Of a stretch of 64,000 nucleotides of DNA, positions 60,570 to 64,000 are shown piece by piece. The notes below the pieces were generated by a model, which did not search any database, was not told where the DNA came from, and saw only the letters and a program-made list of their open reading frames with translations. The position numbers and the translations under genes are program-made. Source of the DNA: Mayamaea pseudoterrestris. Taxonomy: Eukaryota. The stretch is from assembly GCA_027923505.1 (NCBI GenBank), contig BROI01000001.1, positions 62,001 through 126,000 of the forward strand. Reading direction: 5' to 3'. Position 1 is the first letter of the stretch. Each line of letters begins with the position of its first letter.

Positions 60570-62243
60570 ATGGCATGGCTCGCCGCAATCTCACTGCTGC
60601 TTCCAACACTATCAAACGCCCAATCATCATGTCCATTGGAAATGCATGTCTTTGCCGATTCCGCCAATTGTAACGTTCAAACGACGGCCGACGCAGTTGG
60701 GACGCTCTATCCGGATGATACGTGTCGCTCCACGGAACTCGTTTCCGGAGACTCGCCCGAGCTACTACCCGGCAACTATCGGGCCTCCTGCAGCTCCGAC
60801 GGGCGGGTGCAAATTTACGAGTCGGGTTGTACGTCCAGTACTTGCGCCGCAACAAACGGCGGAAGCGTCTGCGAGCGACAGTTGGACTATGCGTCACTCT
60901 ACTCGCGACTGAGTCCGCCACTGTACAAGCTGCAGTCGCAAAACGCATCCTTTGTCTCATGTTTCGCACTGTCGTCATCGGATGAAACGTACCAGGTGGT
61001 GTTTTTCATTTACGGCGACTGCACGCCGTGTATTTCGGCAACGCCGTCGCCAGCGACGGCCGATACCAATCAACCCACGGCGGTCTTTGTCACGCCGTCG
61101 TTTCCGTCAACGTCGACTGGACCGACCGTGCGGCCGACGCTGCGGCCCACCGAAAAACCGACACCTGCTCCAACGACTTTTGAACCGACGGTGCCAGGCA
61201 TTGACCAAGGAAATCCTCCGTTTTCCAAGCCAACGACCAAGAGTCCGTCGCCTGCTGCGTCTGGTGGATCGGACCCTACCTTTGAACCGACTTTTTCGTC
61301 CACGGGTGGAACAACTGGGCCGACGGCTGGTGGCGACAAAGACAACGTTCCAACGAATAACGGAAACAATGGAGGTGCAAGTGCTCCGGCGAGAGCACCC
61401 AATGCGAAACCGTCCTCGCCGTCCAGTCCAACGCAACCTTCATCCAACGAAACAATCTCGGCAAGTTCCGCCGACCAAGGCAACATGGGTGTCGTCATTG
61501 GAAGCGTCGTTGGCGTCATTGCAGCGTTGGCCTGCTTTTTGACGACTGGATTTTTATTGGGGCGTCGACTTCAGGCAAGTGATAGTCGCAAGAGCTTGTC
61601 GGAAGCGGGAAGTCAAGCCAATCGTGAGCAGAGTCCCAACTACTTGCACTCATCTACGCCATTGACCATGTCGGGGAGCATGTTCCATTCCTCGTCACCT
61701 GGAACGCCTGGTGTCGAGGCGCCAGTGGCGGCAGATCACAACATTATGATTAGCATTGACGACCAGGATGACATTTCCACGTTGGAGGATCCTACCGTTT
61801 ACACGCGCGACACGCAAACGACGCGTGACTCTGTTTTGGGAACCACCTTTTTGGATCACGACGCCGATGACGAAGTGCCGACGGTGGCGTCGCACCGCAC
61901 GAAAGAGACGAACGATTCAACGTCCTTACTCATGGGCGCTCAATATTTGCGCGACACTTCCGCCGCCGCCAGTGTTTCCGAATCCGTCGCCAATGACTCG
62001 AGGGCCAATCACACGGCGGCGAGTTCCGCGGCGGGTGGCGGTTTGGGAAACCAAACGACGAGTAGTCGCATGACGAACGAAACGTCGTCGGTGATTGGAC
62101 TAAACTTCTTGTCGGATTTGGAGGAGCCGTCGCAGCCGCAACGAAAATTGTTTGGAGGAGCTCCACAACCGCAGGCGGAAGACGATGAAGATGACGCGAG
62201 TGCGGCATGGCGACCGGGGGCCAAGTGGTTTGGTGTAAAGTAG
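60570..62243 (+). CDS. Type I single-pass membrane protein: Cys-rich ectodomain, Pro/Thr stalk, TM helix, Ser/Thr/Asp-rich cytoplasmic tail
   Basis: MAWLAAISLLLPTLSNAQ is signal-like (ATG 60570; alternative in-frame ATGs at 60396 and 60441). A Cys-rich region of about 140 aa is followed by a PT-rich stalk and the TM segment MGVVIGSVVGVIAALACFLTTGFLLG, then RR. The tail contains DDISTLEDP. Stop TAG at 62241-62243. Confidence 0.8.
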   Translation: MAWLAAISLLLPTLSNAQSSCPLEMHVFADSANCNVQTTADAVGTLYPDDTCRSTELVSGDSPELLPGNYRASCSSDGRVQIYESGCTSSTCAATNGGSVCERQLDYASLYSRLSPPLYKLQSQNASFVSCFALSSSDETYQVVFFIYGDCTPCISATPSPATADTNQPTAVFVTPSFPSTSTGPTVRPTLRPTEKPTPAPTTFEPTVPGIDQGNPPFSKPTTKSPSPAASGGSDPTFEPTFSSTGGTTGPTAGGDKDNVPTNNGNNGGASAPARAPNAKPSSPSSPTQPSSNETISASSADQGNMGVVIGSVVGVIAALACFLTTGFLLGRRLQASDSRKSLSEAGSQANREQSPNYLHSSTPLTMSGSMFHSSSPGTPGVEAPVAADHNIMISIDDQDDISTLEDPTVYTRDTQTTRDSVLGTTFLDHDADDEVPTVASHRTKETNDSTSLLMGAQYLRDTSAAASVSESVANDSRANHTAASSAAGGGLGNQTTSSRMTNETSSVIGLNFLSDLEEPSQPQRKLFGGAPQPQAEDDEDDASAAWRPGAKWFGVK

Positions 62244-62403
62244 TTTCAATGTAGCTTGAGCCGTAGAGGATTGTCGGTGGAAGATGCGACTCGCTAAGGA
62301 GTGAGACATGCAGGAGAATTCTGACGTTTGCTTGCTCGGTCCGCCTGTAGGCATGTAAAGTATCATACACATTTAATAAAGACTTTTTCCACGAGTAAAT
62401 TAT

Positions 62404-63627
62404 CTATCCATCGATGCTGCTGCTGTCGTCACTATTATCGTCGCTGTCGTCACCTTTCTCGCTGCCAGCGTTAATTTCATCACTGCCGCTGCCATCACTC
62501 TCGTCGCTGCTAGCGTCCGATTCGCTAGGAGGATACTCATTCCCGGCGGCAACAATTTCGTCGTCGTCATTGTAAATACAGTACCCATCGTCTGCATCCG
62601 ACAACCACGAACCATAGACTGTGCAGGGAAATCCTGGAAGGAGAGCCTGGGCGGCTTCCTCAATTTGATTCGGGACCGGCGTGTGGACGAAGAAAGTTTC
62701 CGCATTCACGTCGTCACTCGTCACAAGGCGCGATGGAGGAGCATGCATTCGCAACAGATGTTTGGTCAAGGGCATGCCATGGCCCCGAAAGTTTCGCGGA
62801 GCATCATCGAGATCCTCCAATGGCGCCATAGCACAATACATCAATCTGCGACACGCTGGGGTAAGGATCAAACCAATGAGTTTGACAGTACCCGTCCAAA
62901 CACGCTCAAAAATGTCGTGGTCAAGCTTTGAGATCCCAGCAGATAATGATAGTTCCAGAATGATCTTGTCTCGTACCTCCGAATCAATCAATGAGTTTGC
63001 AATGGCAGCATCCACGTCAGTAGGAGTCTGGAACAAGAGCGGATGCCCAAAATCTTCGCACGCCTTTTCGTCTTGCCACTGCAAGTCCGCTAAGCAAACG
63101 ACTGGATAAAACATGTCGCCGCGCGCGCGTTCCTGTAACGCGCGGGTGTCGAAGGCTCGTTTGAGATATTTCGTAACAGAAATACTTACAATCTCCAAGA
63201 TTGTGTACAGGGTGTCGCCGCGAATCTCGAACCGATGCTCTCGCCGCTCCACTCCCGAGAGAGGGTCGTGATAGTTACGGGCGATGATTGCTTGGATTAT
63301 TTCGCTCCATTTTTGGCAAGGAAAGTTGCCTTGAAAAACTTCCAAGAAAGGAATTTCGCTAATACTATCCAAAGACCGCTTAAAGAGAATTTTGCGAAGA
63401 TTGTGACAAATCATTCGGTGCATGCGAATGCTGTCAAAACGAGGGTCCATGGGAAAGTCATGTCCAAGAGGCAAAAAGCTCCAATGTGCATCATGCGCCA
63501 AAAATTCTCGAAAATGTCGATTTGTAAGTTCCAGCGCAAGTGGCCCCGTAACATCAAGAAATCCTAAGATGCGACGAAGAACATTGGCGTCAAAGTCAAG
63601 AACGCTCGGCCGAGTTTGCGGGTCCAT
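62404..63627 (-). CDS. 407-aa protein: F-box-like N-terminus, putative H3-like and H4-like histone folds, acidic C-terminal tail
   Basis: Intact ATG-to-stop ORF. Aa 7-50 fit the F-box pattern. By-eye similarity to H3 at aa 76-186 and to H4 at aa 220-340. D/E/S-rich aa 344-407. The coding call is firm; the domain calls are tentative. Confidence 0.75.
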   Translation of the reverse strand: [407 protein letters not shown]

Positions 63628-64000
63628 TATGCTGCGCGTGAAATTTTCTACCGGATCGTCTCGGTCTCTTAAACGCTAATAATCTGCAGATAGAAAAAGG
63701 CCATTCCTGTAAGAATAGGGTGATTGTCTGGTTCGCTGCCCCGCTATTTGCATTTTTGAAATTGCGTAGTCTCGCCCACTCAGTCGTCTTGTCATTCTTC
63801 CGTTTCTTCCTCCATTCTGTTAAAATTGTCGACTGCAGGCAGCAGCGTGCACTACATAAATTACCTTTCTAAGTGACAAGTAGGCAAGAGTCGTCTTTGC
63901 GTGTCAACATGCAGCAATGAGGATTCTTCCGCGCGGTGAAGACGAATGCGATAAGCGACGCATCCAGAGCCACTGCGATGCGATCTTACCAGCCCAACTC

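Noticed and set aside
1..64000. tRNA, rRNA, LTR or DNA-transposon features and prokaryotic operon or defence systems
   Set aside because: None were recognised by eye, and the window is eukaryotic. Small ncRNAs could be missed without covariance searches.

Overview
Eukaryotic DNA with GT-AG introns; the protein families suggest a diatom, probably pennate (inference). Contents in order: (1) a 5'-partial hypothetical gene; (2) an intronless ORC1/CDC6-type AAA+ gene with 4-5 tandem BAH-like repeats; (3) a 9-exon secreted Pro/Thr-rich protein (2,342 aa by my splice model, 8631-16359, minus) with five copies of a Cys-containing 'AGQ(H/N)Y...GQTAWS...GSWA.Y' domain; (4) a probable decayed ORF near 17.3-18.3 kb; (5) a giant 4-exon secreted mucin-like protein (10,722 aa by my model, 19303-51860, minus; last exon 31.6 kb), with nested Pro-Thr/Pro-Ser arrays separated by repeated Cys-rich domains; (6) about 8 kb without convincing genes, holding a 466-bp LINE-derived insertion with a 13-bp target-site duplication; (7) a single-pass membrane protein with a Pro/Thr stalk; (8) a 407-aa protein that looks like an F-box fused to H3-like and H4-like histone folds plus an acidic tail. 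The best leads are that F-box/histone-doublet candidate, the giant extracellular-matrix or adhesion locus, and strong CpG loss confined to the interiors of the two repeat-rich genes. All domain calls are by eye; no searches were run.
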